From Salpingoeca rosetta (lineage: Eukaryota; Protista; Choanoflagellata), in NCBI GenBank assembly GCA_033442325.1, contig JAWQFM010000001.1:358498-381447 (forward strand): a DNA stretch of 22,950 bases, written 5' to 3'. Under the pieces are notes generated by a model that worked only from the letters and a program-made list of their open reading frames with translations, made no database searches and was not told where the DNA came from. Below are positions 1 to 15,137 of this stretch, piece after piece. How positions within the stretch are numbered: position 1 is the first letter of the stretch; each line of letters starts with the position of its first letter. The translations under genes and the position numbers were made by a program.

Positions 1-85
<85 letters not shown>
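1..85. repeat. (CA)n microsatellite, intronic
   Basis: Perfect AC run upstream of the splice acceptor at 168. Confidence 0.98.
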
Positions 86-86
<1 letters not shown>

Positions 87-168
87 TATGTTCACCCCCC
101 CCCCCCAAAAAAAATTACACAACCACCAACCAACCCCACAATACCCCTTCTCCCCCTCTCCACACCAG

Positions 169-2149
169 ATGGTCGTACGTGACGGTGGCGGTGGTGCTGG
201 TTCGGTCCATCTCACCCAACTTTGCCAAGCTGTTCTCCAAGCGCAACAAGCTGAGCGAGGCCTTCCGCACGGCTGTTGGGCGACTTGTCACCCACAGCGA
301 AGCCATTGCCGCCCTCAACGGCGACGCACGCGAGCAGTCCATTGTGCAGCAGGCGTTTGCCAGCCTCAACAGCCACATCACGCGCATGATCAGCACTCAG
401 TGGCGGTTTGGCATGGCGGAGGACTTTATCACCAAGTACGCAGCGTCCACCATGGCCATGATTGTCATCCTGGGGCCGTTCTTTGGTGGCGACCTGCGTA
501 CAGACTACACACCGGAAGGGAACGCCACCACGCTGTCCACGATGCGCTACGTGACAAGCGTCATCATCCACCAGCTCACCGCCATTGCCGGGCTGGCCCG
601 TTGCCTGCGCAAGATCATGTCTCTGCAGAGCTACGTGCGGCGTGTGGGCGGCATGCGCGATGCCTTGCTGGAGATTGCCGCACACGAGCAGGAGGAGGTA
701 CAGTTTGCGGATGGAGACGCCATTGCCTTTGATGGCGTCGAGGTTGTCACGCCAACAGGCCAGAAACTCGTCTCTGACCTGTCCTTCCACGTGCAACCTG
801 GCCGCAACATGCTCATCACGGGCCCGAACGGCGCCGGCAAGTCAAGCATCTTCCGCTGCCTCGGCGCGCTGTGGACGGTGCAGCGTGGCACCATCACCCG
901 CCCCGGTGGCAGCGGCCAGGGTCTGCACGACAAGGTGTTCTACCTGCCGCAGAAGCCGTACAACGTTGTTGGCGACCTGCGTGACCAGATCATGTACCCG
1001 GTCACCTCAGAGGCGACCAAAGCCGCGCTGAGCGACGAGGACCTGCGGGCCCTGCTTCAACTCGTCGACCTTGCCTACCTCGTCGACCGCAGCCAGGCCA
1101 CCACCGCCGTCAACTGGGAGCAGACCCTCAGCCTTGGCGAGACGCAGCGGCTGGCCATGGCACGCCTCTTCTACCACCGGCCCGTCTTTGCCATCCTGGA
1201 CGAGTGCACGAGCGCGGTGTCGCACGCCATGGAGCGTCGCCTGTACCGGCTGTGCGCCAAGTACAACATCACGTGCATCACCATCAGCCACCGACCCGCC
1301 CTGACGGCCTTCCACGACCTGCGGCTGGAGCTGGACGGCAAGGGCGGTTATGATGTGCAGGAACTCGCACACAACACAACAGCCATGCTGCGCCACTCAA
1401 GTGACAGCAGCAGCAGCAGTAGCAATGCCGATGATGATGGTGGCGATGGAAGCGTGAGTCGTGAGAGTGACGATGCCATCGTTGTCCCGCATCCTTCGGC
1501 TTCTCTTGTGCAGCACGCCAGCGACGGTGGTGAGGATGGCGAGGAGAAGAACATCACCTTGACCCATCATCATCATCATCATCATCATCACCACCACCAG
1601 CAGCAGCCACGCGAGCACGCCTCTCTGGCCTCCCCCCTGACCAGCATGCCTCGCACATCACGGCTGCGTCGACTCTTCAAGCTGCTGCGCTTCCTCGTGC
1701 CGTCCATCACCAAGCGGGCAGGCAAGATGCTTGTCGCCCTGGGTGCTGTTGTCATCTTCCGCGTTGCGCTGACAGACCGCATTGCCCGCCTGAACGGCGA
1801 GACGGTTCGCTTGCTGCTGTTGGATGACCTGCCTGGCTTCAAGCGCCTCGTTGGCATCAGCCTGCTGCAGTGCGTTGCGTCAAGCGTCCTTGCGCCAACC
1901 CTCATCTACCTCACCCGCTCCCTCAGCCTCCACTGGCGCAACCAGCTTCAGGACAGACTCTGTACGTGTCTGTCTGTGTCGGTCTGTGTCTGTGTCTGTG
2001 TCGGTCTGTGTCTGTCTGTGTGTGTATGTGTGTGTTTGTGTACGTGTGCTGTACTGACGTGTGCGCAGGATGCTGAGGTGCGATATCAGCTTGTTGCCAT
2101 AACTCATCACTCCTGAACCTGCGTGCGTGTGCTCGTGGGCTCGTGTGCA

Positions 2150-2199
<50 letters not shown>

Positions 2200-2258
2200 T
2201 GTGTGTCTGTATGTCTGTATGTCTGTGTGTGTGTGTGCGTGCTCGTGTGTGTGTGTGC

Positions 2259-2319
<61 letters not shown>

Positions 2320-3843
2320 GCAGCCGCCCTGTTCTTCAAACGCAAGGCGTTCTACAAAGCAATTCATGTGCATCCGGACATCACAAATGTCGAACAGCGC
2401 ATGACAGACGACATCGAGAAGGTGTGCGTGTGTGTGTGTGCGTGCTGTGCGCCTTGTCATCGTGCTTTTCTCAGTCCTCTCTGCCTCCGTCTTCATGGCT
2501 GCCCAACTGCCCCACCCCCTTGCCTTACTCACGCTCGCCTTTTATTGCGTTTGCATCAGCTGTGCCTGGAACTGGCCAACACCTTCCCCGACATTGTCAA
2601 GCCTGTTGCGGACCTGGTGTGGTTCAGCCTGCAGTCTTGGCGCCTCATTGGTGCCCGCCGCACCGCAATGCTCTACACATATGTTGTCGTCGGCTTTGCT
2701 GTTCTCAAGTCCATCACGCCAAACTTTGAGGGGCTCGTCAAGAAGTCGGCCACTCTCGAGGGTTCCTTCAGGTGCGGTGTGTCTGTCTGTCTACCTGTCT
2801 GCCTGCCTGCCTGTCTGTCTGTCCTGTTTGCTTGTCGAGATCAACACCTTCCTCACGTCGTGCTTCGTCTTCTCCTTGATCGTTTTGGCTGCCAGGTTTG
2901 TCCAGCGCCGCCTGCGCACGCATGGCGAGTCAATTGCCTTTTTCGGCGGAAACGAGAAGGAGGGAAGCATTGCCCTCGCCGCCTTCAACGACATTGTCAA
3001 GCACACCAAGCACACGGTACGTGTACACCCGTGTCACATTGTGCATCGAATATGTCGACACACCACACATGTACATGTGCGTGTATGTGCGCACGCACAG
3101 CGTCCGCATGTTGTGTGTGTGTGTGTGTGTGTGTGTGCATGTTCAATGTAAACTCACTCATCATCTCTCGTGTGCATACATGTGTGTGTGTGTGTGCGTG
3201 TTCTTGTGTGCCCTGATGCCGTTTAGGTTGCGAGCAAGTGGATGTACGGGATTGTGGACAACTTTGTTGTCAAGCAGCTGCCAACCATCGTCACCTGGGT
3301 CCTTTCGCTCATGTCAGTTCCAAGTGTTGGTGCTTCAATGGCATGTGCTCGCGCAGTTGTGTCGACCTGCGTTCCTGTGAACCGATCGAACCTTGAGGGC
3401 CGTTTGCGCCCACGATTTTTTCTGCATGCTTCTGCAACGACTCCCCACACGACACACGCACCACACCCTCGCACACTCATGCACTCATTCACTTGCTCGC
3501 GCCCATGCGCACACGCACACACATGCACGCTTACGCTCATACTCACTCACTCTCTCACACACATGCACAGGTATGCGCAGCAGGTATCGCCGACTGCTGC
3601 GTACACGCAGGATGTGCGCGAGGGCGGGCAGCTTGGCTTTGACCTCCGCTTCGTTGCCAGCGCCATCTCCCACATCTTCATTGGCTCCGGCGAAATGCTC
3701 CAGCTGCTCAAGCGCTTCCAGGAGCTCAGCGGCTACGCGCGCCGTGTCATTGGTGAGCACGCTGACGTGTCTGTCTGTCTGTCGGTCTGTCTGTGTGTGT
3801 GTGTGTGTGCGTGTGTGTGTGTCTGTGTGTGTGTGTGTGTGTG

Positions 3844-3879
<36 letters not shown>

Positions 3880-4665
3880 AGTCTGTCAGTTTGTTTGTTT
3901 GCATCTGTGTCTGTGTCTGTGTGTGTCTGTCTGTCTGTTTCAGATGTGGGACTCTGGCTGTCTCTAACTGCGTTTGTGCGTGGTTGTGTATCTGTAACTG
4001 CGCGACTCTGCGTGTCCTCTTTCTCCGCTTTTTTCAACATCCAATTCACCAAAATGACACTGTCATGGCCTCTTCACGCAATACAGAGATGGAGGACCTG
4101 CTGCTTGCGTTGGACGCGCAGAGCCAGCGGCGGGAGGGCGCCGGTGCCGTGCTTGCAGGCAACATGATCACCTTTGAGGGCGCAGACATTGTCACGCCCA
4201 CAGGCCGGACCCTCATCAACGACCTGACGCTCTCCATTCCACAGGGAGAAGCACTGCTCATCACGGGTCCAAACACATCCGGCAAGAGCTCCCTCTTCCG
4301 TGTGCTTGGTGGGCTGTGGCCGTTGCGTGCAGGCACCATTGTCAAGCCAGGCGGCCACCATAACACAACCGTGAAGGAGGTACATGACTATGTGTGTGGG
4401 ACTGTGTCTGTGTCTGTGTCTGTGTCTGTGTGTGGGCCTTGCCATGTCGTGATCTGAACACGCGGCTTTTGCTTAACCTGAACTCACACACAAACACACA
4501 CACACACACACAACTCTTGAATCACTCGGCGTGCAGCTGTTCCTGGTGCCGCAGCGTCCCTACTGCGCATCCGGCTCGCTCGCAGACCAGATCACATATC
4601 CCGAGACTGCCGACACAGCAGACCCCGCTGTCATCGCCCGGTGTGTCCATGTGTGTGTGTGTGTC

Positions 4666-4697
<32 letters not shown>

Positions 4698-5663
4698 GGT
4701 GTGTGTGTTTGTGTTTGTGTTGTTTGTGTGTGTGTGTGTGTCTGCTTGTTCCTGTGTCGCTGCTGCCCGTTCAACAGCTCACTCTTTTTTGCACTTGTGC
4801 ATCGCGCCTGCAGGCTGAACGCACTGCTTGCCTCTGTGAACCTGAGCTATCTCGTGGACCGGCAGGGCGGATGGGACGCCGTCGATGCCTGGGAGAACGT
4901 GCGTTTAGCGCTCACTTGAACTGTCCACAATATCCATTGAACACACCCGTCGACACACACGCACGCACAGACGCACACACGCACACGACATAGCTGTGTG
5001 CATGCTCACATGGGCCATCATTGCACTGCTGTATGTGTGTGTGCGCGCGTGTGCACAGGTGTTGAGTCTTGGGGAGCAGCAACGGCTCGGCATGGCGCGG
5101 TTGTTCTTCCACGAACCGCTCTACGGCGTGCTCGACCAGGTACGCGCACCGTGCGGTGAACATGTTGCTCGCGTGCCACGTGGCACATTGTATCCTCTGT
5201 GTGTGCATGCGCATTAACCTTGCCTTTACTCAACTTCACACACGCACACACCCACACGCACGTGCACACACGCACGCGCACACACGCACACACACACACA
5301 CGCGCGCGCGCGCACACACTTGCCTTTTGTTTTTGCCAGTGCACAGACGCTGTGAGCGTTGACGTCGAGGAGCAGCTGTACCGAGAGGCGGAGAAGCGTG
5401 GCATCACCATCATCACCATCTCGCAGCGTGCAGCTCTCACCACGCACCACACGAAGGAACTGCAACTGCTTGGTGTGGACGCAGCCTGGAAAATCAACGC
5501 CACACAGGCGATAGCAGATGCACACGGTACAGATGGCGGTGATGCTGACAAGGGGAGCACCCCTGCGGCCAGTGGTCGTGATGATGATGATGATGGTGGT
5601 GATGATGGTGATGGTGATGGTGGCAGCAGCGATGAGGACGTGGAGGACCTGATGGCCCATTGA
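169..5663 (+). CDS. Full-size peroxisomal ABC subfamily D transporter (COMATOSE/PXA1-like acyl-CoA importer), 5'-partial; ~1125 aa visible in 11 exons
   Basis: Phase-consistent GT-AG exons: 169-1961, 2324-2421, 2560-2771, 2896-3016, 3227-3312, 3571-3752, 4087-4379, 4537-4640, 4814-4898, 5059-5139, 5340-5663 (TGA). Two EAA-like motifs (HSEAIAALNG; HGESIAFFGG). NBD1: GPNGAGKSS, YLPQKPY, LSLGETQR, AILDECTSAVS, ISHR. NBD2: GPNTSGKSS, LVPQRPY, LSLGEQQR, GVLDQCTDAVS, ISQR. The start codon lies upstream of the window. Confidence 0.93.
2152..2318. repeat. (TG)n microsatellite, intronic, interrupted
   Basis: Seen directly in an ABCD intron. Confidence 0.95.
3768..3938. repeat. Compound (TG)n/(TCTG)n microsatellite, intronic
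   Basis: Seen directly in ABCD intron 3753-4086. Confidence 0.9.
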
Positions 5664-6083
5664 TGCGTGGACACGAACACGTTTGACGTTTTCCACACTA
5701 GCTGCTGTTTTTGCTTGCTCGTGCTTGCTTGCTTGCTTGCTTGCGCCTGTTGATTGTTCTTTACAACCTCTGTCTCTCTATGTGCCTCTTCCTCTCCTCC
5801 TGTTCTCTCTTGTTCTCGCGTTATGACCCGGGTGTTTGTTGCGTACCATGTGTTAGCTTTGCTCGGAACGGTGGGTCTTTGTTGGGTGATGGCGTTCACA
5901 TGACTCCAATACAGTGTCACTGCCATTTGTGAATGGTGAGGAACCAAACCAACAATGGTTTACACACACTTTCATTCACACCACACACATACACACTCAC
6001 ACATACACACACGCACGCACAACACATGACACGATTCGTTGCGTAATGTAACATACAGCTGGTGAGGTGGACACATCACATCA

Positions 6084-6265
6084 CTACTCTTCCTTCTTCT
6101 CGTCATCCTTGTCCGTGGTTGCGCCCTGCTTCTCCTTGTGGTGGATGATGCCCTTACGAACAAGATCAGGAATCTCAACCGCCAGCCACGGCGCAAGCTG
6201 TCGTTGAACACAGGGATGAATATCAGGGCACATGCACGTGAGCTTCGGTTTGTGTGCGTGTCTAG

Positions 6266-6308
<43 letters not shown>

Positions 6309-7044
6309 CCTGTGTGTGTGTGTGTCTGTGTGTGTGTGTGTGTGTGTGTCTGTGTGTGTGTGTGTGTGTGTCTGTGTGTCTGTGTGTGTCTGTGTGTCTG
6401 TGTGTGTCTGTGTGTGTCTGTGTGTTTGTTGTGTTATGGTGTGGTGTGTGATAACGGCGCCCTGCCTGCAACATGTAACAGCGCACATCCTTCTCCACGC
6501 TCTTCAGGCGTTCTTCCAGTTCACAACTTACCCCGAGTGCCATGGCATGTGCGATGCCAAAGTGCGGCACGTTGCGCGCCCACAACGGCTTGAAGTGGTC
6601 TGTCAAGCAGATCCGGCCGCCCCTATCAGTATCATTTGCGATGGCACATGCGTGGGGACAGTGAACTCAGTGAAGCAGAAGGTGAGAGAGGCAGCGGACG
6701 AGCATCAAGCGAGCAGTCAGCCCAGTCCACACTGGGACCTGTGTGCTGCTTGCAGACAACAACCACACGCATCATGATGATGATGATGATGATGCCACAC
6801 GAGGCCACACGCACCTGTACATCTTGGCGGTCTTTCCATCCAGCTCGGGCAGGGCAATTTCTGGCGCAGTGGTCGGGTATGTAACGGGAATCTAATGTGG
6901 ATACAGAGACATGGGGAGGGGTACGCTGGCGTGAGTGAAGGAAGGTTCGCGCGCACTCAACACACGCATTTACACACACAGCGGATCTTCGAAGCAGGCA
7001 CACACACACACACACACATGCGTTCACTGTCACTCATTGACTCG

Positions 7045-7136
<92 letters not shown>

Positions 7137-7529
7137 CAACCACCTACGTCAAACTCGATGTCAAACTCATACTTCATGAGGTCCACAACAGTCCAGCACT
7201 TGCCAAACCACCTGTGTGTGGTGATGTGACATGAACCCAGAGCACGCAGCACAAACATGGTTGAGGGAGTGTGAATGCGGACAGGCATGCATGCACAGGA
7301 ACAGCACGGCAGGTCATGGTTGAAGCGGTTTGCTGCCGGGAAATGCCATACCGTGTGCCTTCCTTGTTTGACTCGAGTCGAAACCAGTCGTTGTCGTTGT
7401 CCTTGTTGGTTTTCACATACTGTTGCACGCACATCAAAGGCGACACAGGGTGGGTGGGGGTGCAGAACAGGTGAGGCGTAGCACAACAAGGGGGAGACAA
7501 TCTAGCTTGGGCATGTCGTCGTCGATGTA

Positions 7530-7597
<68 letters not shown>

Positions 7598-7811
7598 TGC
7601 ACACAACTCACACACACACGCACACACGCACACACGCACACAACTCACACACACACACGCAACACACACAACACAGAACACACAACACCTTGATGAGGGC
7701 GACGTATTCCTCCTTGAGGCGAGCTCGCCACGCGTCACCAGAACGAGGGCCAGCCTTGACCCGCATCAGCGGGATGGAGGCAAGGGTCTTCTTTGTCGCA
7801 GCGTCAACCAT
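6084..7811 (-). CDS. UFC1: Ubiquitin-fold modifier-conjugating enzyme 1 (UFM1 E2), 6 exons
   Basis: Minus-strand exons 7811-7689, 7419-7352, 7211-7148, 6891-6815, 6622-6532, 6197-6084 splice in frame to [23 protein letters not shown]...[17 protein letters not shown]...[19 protein letters not shown]...[76 protein letters not shown]. The TAK motif and catalytic Cys (ICL) are intact. Confidence 0.97.
6266..6425. repeat. (TG)n microsatellite, intronic
   Basis: Seen directly in the last UFC1 intron. Confidence 0.93.
7046..7137. repeat. (CA)n microsatellite, intronic
   Basis: Seen directly in UFC1 intron 3. Confidence 0.95.
7533..7680. repeat. (CA)n microsatellite, intronic
   Basis: Seen directly in UFC1 intron 1. 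Confidence 0.92.
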
Positions 7812-8061
7812 TCTTGTCGTTTGCTTTTGGTGTCAGTCGGGCGGAACAGCAAGCAGAAGCACAAGAGCAAGCAAGTGGAGATGCGCGAAGCAGCGTGCTT
7901 TGGTGTTGTGTGTGTTGTAAATGAGACTGATTTCAGTCGCCAGCGAATTAAGCCCACAAGAACAAGAAGCAACCAAAACAAAATACGCCCCACCTCCTCC
8001 TTCCAATCCTCCTCCTCCCCACCAACCCTCAAACCGCTGCCTCCCGCACCAAGCAAGCACC
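7812..8061. promoter_or_regulatory. Putative bidirectional promoter, UFC1 / orphan gene
   Basis: Two divergent start codons 250 bp apart. The promoter function is inferred from the gene arrangement. Confidence 0.5.
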
Positions 8062-11000
8062 ATGATGCGGAGACGGAGCAGCAAGCGCAGTCCAGCTGAT
8101 GCTGCAGCGGCAGCAGCAGCCAAGGAGAACCGGCAACTGAAGCGAAAGGTGCGTGCAAGCAAGCAAGCAAGCAAGCTGCTGCTTAACATCATCCATGCTT
8201 CTCTTCTTTGGTTGCTTGCAAGCAACGCTTGTCAGTCAAAGTCGCGTGGTCTTGCTTCTTGGTAACGTTTTGGTGGTCTGGTGTGATGTGTGACGTGCTG
8301 TCCTGTTGCTGTTTCGTCCTGCCATTGAATGTTTGAGTGGCTGAATACATAATCTAGAGTCCTCACACGCATTGCATTCGTTTGCCTCGCACTTGCCTGC
8401 CAACCCCCCAACCCCCCAACACCCCGCCTTCTCCTACTCTCTGTCACGACAGCTGTCCAAGTTGCAGAAACAGTTGGAAGATCGAAGCAACAAGTCCCCA
8501 GCTGTGGACCCTGCCATTCAATCCCTGGTGGACGCATCTGCGCAGGAGATTGACCGCATTTTGACGGAGCTCGTTGACAGGCGCATGCGGCGCACAGCAC
8601 ACCAACGCGGCACAGCCGGGTTCCTCGGCGCTGCTCCGCAGCCTCTGCTTGCCCACAGCGCTCTCCCTGCCTCTGTGCCAAGTGCAGCCGCGGCCTCCAA
8701 GCAGCCCGCAGCAAGCACCGCACAAGCGGCGCCGACCACGCAGCCCTCTATCCAGCCGAGTGATGTGTCTACCACACCCCCACCTCCCCCTCCGCCGCCG
8801 CCAGCGCGTGTAGCGGCATCACAACCCAGCGCAACAACAGCCACTCGACCAGAAGCGCAGGCACAGCCACAAGCGGAGCAGCAGACACAGCCATCGACGG
8901 CACAAGCGGCCCCGCAGTCGCAGGCACAGCGACGAAGAAGCTCTGATCACGAGGTGTTTGGCTTTGGCGCGACAACACATGAGCCGGAGCTTGACATCAA
9001 CAAAGCACCTGTGCTTCGACGTTGGAGCCACTTCACCACCACACAGCAACAACAACAGCCACAACAGCAGCAACAGTCACAACAGCAACAGCAACAACAA
9101 CAACCCGCGACAGGGACCAAGGAAAGTACCCCAGTCACAGCTCCCGATGTGGCTGCCTTGGAAGACATCGAAGGGTTTGGCGAAGACAACGACGCGGATG
9201 TCGCACAAGCTGCTGCTGCAAACGATGTCGCAACAGCTGATGAGCACACAGAACGCTCGGACGAAGGAAAGAGCGCATCCGCAGAAGTGTACAAGCCAAA
9301 GCGCAAACTGTTCAGTCTCCGCTCGTTTGCGCGATCGTCGCGCCGCCGCAGCTCTCGGAAGAAAGCACAAGAGCAGCAGCAAGAACCGCAGCAACAGCAG
9401 GAGCAAACTGTGGGCGGGGAAGAGGCGGCCAAGGCGCCACATGAGGAAGCGGCCGTTGCTGCTGCCGCCACATCGCAGCCGTTGGCGCAAGGGCCGGCTC
9501 AGGACGCGAGCAGTGAGGACTCAAAGCCAGTTGCGGCCGAGACGCAGCCTGTTGAAGTACAAGGACAGCAACAACAACACGCGGAACAGACACAACAGGG
9601 GCGACAAGAGCCACACCAGCCACAGCAGCGCGCTGCAAAGCCAGAGGTGCCACCCGAAGTCATGCAGAGGATTTTTGGGCGTACGGCTTCAAGTCGCCGC
9701 GACGTCAGCCAGCGTGAACTCAACATGTACGTTTTGTGTGTGTGTGTGTGTGTGTGTGTGTATGAGAGAGAGAGAGAGAGAGTGTGTGTGTGTGTGGTCT
9801 TCACGATGCTTGTGCGCGCACACTGGATTGTCACTGGTACATTCTGATATTCAGCCTTGCTGTGTGTGCTTGAGCAGTGGTGCGGCTCCGGTGGCGAGCA
9901 AGGCCACAACGAGCTCGTCCTCATCAACAGCAGTCTCGGTAAGTGCTCCACTGTCAGACACAACGCCTCCACGCTGTGGTGGTCTGGCCACTTGCTGGCG
10001 AACTGCTCGCCTCTTTAACACTGACGCACGCGTGCGCACTCTACAATGCACTCACACACACACACACACTCACACACACACACACACTCACTCACTCACT
10101 CACTCTCTCACTCACTCACTCACTCTCTCTCTCTCACTCTCTCTCACTCACTCTCTCACTCACACACACTCTCTCTCACTCACTCTCTCACACACACACA
10201 CACACACACTCACTCACTCACTCACTCACTCACTCACCCACTCACTCACTCACTCACTCACTCACTCACTCACTCACTCACTCACTCACTCACTCACTCA
10301 CACACTCACACACTCACACACTCACACACATGTGCTTGGTCCCTCAATCTACGCTCTCATATCCACGACCAGCGGCTGGAGGCGCTGAAGGCTGAGAAGG
10401 AGCGACGAAAGCAACAACGACTGCAAGAGGTCAAAACGAACTTGCAAGTGGCGCAGCAGGATGAGGAACCCAACGTACCACACCCTGCCCATGGTCACGA
10501 TACCGCCATTCCTGAGCTTGGAGTCAGCGACGACAACCCGCTGGCTGTGTTTGACGACACACAGCATCACTTCACAAACACGAGTGCTGCACACGACACT
10601 GCTGGTATAAACGGCTGACATCCTGCTTGGCGCCCGTATGAGCGTACGCGGGCCTTGTACTCCGCACACAACCACTTGCTCTGTTGTTTCCAGACTCTTT
10701 ATGGTCGCTGTGCCTCCCCCTCACCCGTGTCTTCGCTTGACATGGTCTCATGACGCGCTTGCTCGCCCGTTGCGCGGTACTTGTTGGTTGCTTTGGCGTC
10801 GCGTTGCTCACGATTCGACAATGCCTGGTTGCCTGCAGGCTCGAGCAATGCGAACGATGACGCAATCCTGGCAGCCATGGCGCGCACAAACCCGAAAGCG
10901 TACGAGGAGTACAAGACTCGGACACAGGGCATGCAACCCCCCGGCGACACCGTGACAAGCATGGGCACGAAACACGGCGCCCTCACAGCGCTACCGCAAC

Positions 11001-11924
11001 ACCTCTACATCCTCGCCATGGTGGAGGCGGGGCTCTCCGAAGGTGTGCCCTCTTCACGTGTGCGTACGCGATCTACCTATCTACGCGCTCAAGCAAATTT
11101 GTTGTCCTGACTGCATTCAACCACGCATAGCACTCTCCGCACAAATACACACCACACCACACCACACAAGCACGCTTCTCACACACAATGCAACCATTTT
11201 CTCACTGTTCAGATGACGAGCGACAAGACCGGCTGCGTCGGCGGTTCTTCGTGCATCCGTCAACGGGCGAGCGCGTGTTTCGCGAGGAGGACGTGGCCGC
11301 CGCTGAAGGGACGGATGACGATGACGACGACGAAGCGGTAGATGCGATGATGAGGGCGGTGTGGGGGGGCGGGTGGTGTGTAAAGGAGAAGGGGACACTG
11401 ATGTAAGGACGTGGAGCCAAGCAGATGGAAGGGGAATGATCTCACAAGGACACCCGTGCAGTTGATTCGCATTCAATTGACACACGTGATTCACATTCAA
11501 ATGACACCCGCATGGCTTTGATTGTGACGTTGATCGATCTGTTGATTGTGTTGTTGCACAGGAGCGTGCCCGCACGGCGTCGATGCTGCTCCGTGACAGT
11601 GAAGCCGACAGGCGCGCCGCCATGTTGGCAGACCTCGCGCGCAGAAAGGCAGCGGTGGGTGCTTGTGATGTAGTGTTCTGTCGTGTTGTGGGTGGCTGTG
11701 TGTCTGCGTGTGTCTGTGGCTGGCGGTATCTTGTGCAACTGGCCCGCCCTCCTGGCGTTCCCTCGCCCCCCTCCTCCTCTTTTCCTGTTCTATCAACAGG
11801 CGACAATGTTTGCTCACTCATCCTCATTCCCCCCCCCCCATCCTGGCCCGGCCCAACCTCAAACGCCAATCAGGCGAAGGAGCGAAAGCGGCAAGCAAAG
11901 CTGCGCCGCCAAAAGGCCGCTTGA
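8062..11924 (+). CDS. Hypothetical ~708-aa low-complexity (Q/A/P/E-rich) protein with short predicted coiled-coil segments, 8 exons
   Basis: Phase-consistent exons 8062-8148, 8453-9726, 9878-9938, 10373-10604, 10839-11042, 11213-11337, 11562-11654, 11874-11924 (TGA) give 709 codons with no internal stop. No domain recognised. Individual boundaries are inferred. Confidence 0.7.
10048..10330. repeat. (TCAC)n/(CA)n/(CT)n compound microsatellite, intronic
   Basis: ~280 bp dominated by CTCA tetramers, within intron 9939-10372. Confidence 0.95.
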
Positions 11925-12325
11925 GAAGACAACCCCTCTCTTACGAGCAAATGAAACAATGATTTCAGCCAAGCGTCATGTCAAGGGCACCGCACCTGTC
12001 CAACCTGTTACCAACCTTTCTTTCTTGAGCGCACCATGTGTGTGGTCGTGAAAACCTCATGCTATTCATTACACAGCATATATGGCGTGACACCGCAAGA
12101 CCACAATACAGCTTATCATCACCATCTTTATTCATCATCACGGTGTGTGTCATGACAGTGACTGCACACCACATCACATCACATGAAGCGGAAAAGGAAA
12201 CACCATCGCCGTCAGCACAAAACACAGAGTTCAAGTATCACGTGAGAAGAAAAAAAAAAAGCAAGGGAACAGAAAGAGCAGCGATATTGTTGACCCCACA
12301 CAACAAACAAGGCAAAGAAAAATCA

Positions 12326-15137
<2,812 letters not shown>

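Noticed and set aside
2064-2123. Possible intronic C/D snoRNA (CGCAGG/CCTGCG terminal stem, ATGCTGA ... CTGA)
   Set aside because: The box C candidate lacks the essential GA (GC instead), the C-to-D span is only 47 nt, and I recognise no rRNA/snRNA antisense element.
1923-2729. Many ORFs with VCVCVC or HTHTHT translations, here and throughout the window
   Set aside because: They are translations of intronic (TG/CA)n microsatellites, not proteins.
7503-7532. Coding-looking string YIDDDMPKL in UFC1 intron 1
   Set aside because: UFC1 exons 1 and 2 join seamlessly to the conserved sequence, and there is no convincing donor after this string.
10048-10330. CRISPR-like, telomeric or transposon-derived repeat
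   Set aside because: Simple tetranucleotide repeat with no spacers, terminal repeats or transposase/RT ORF.
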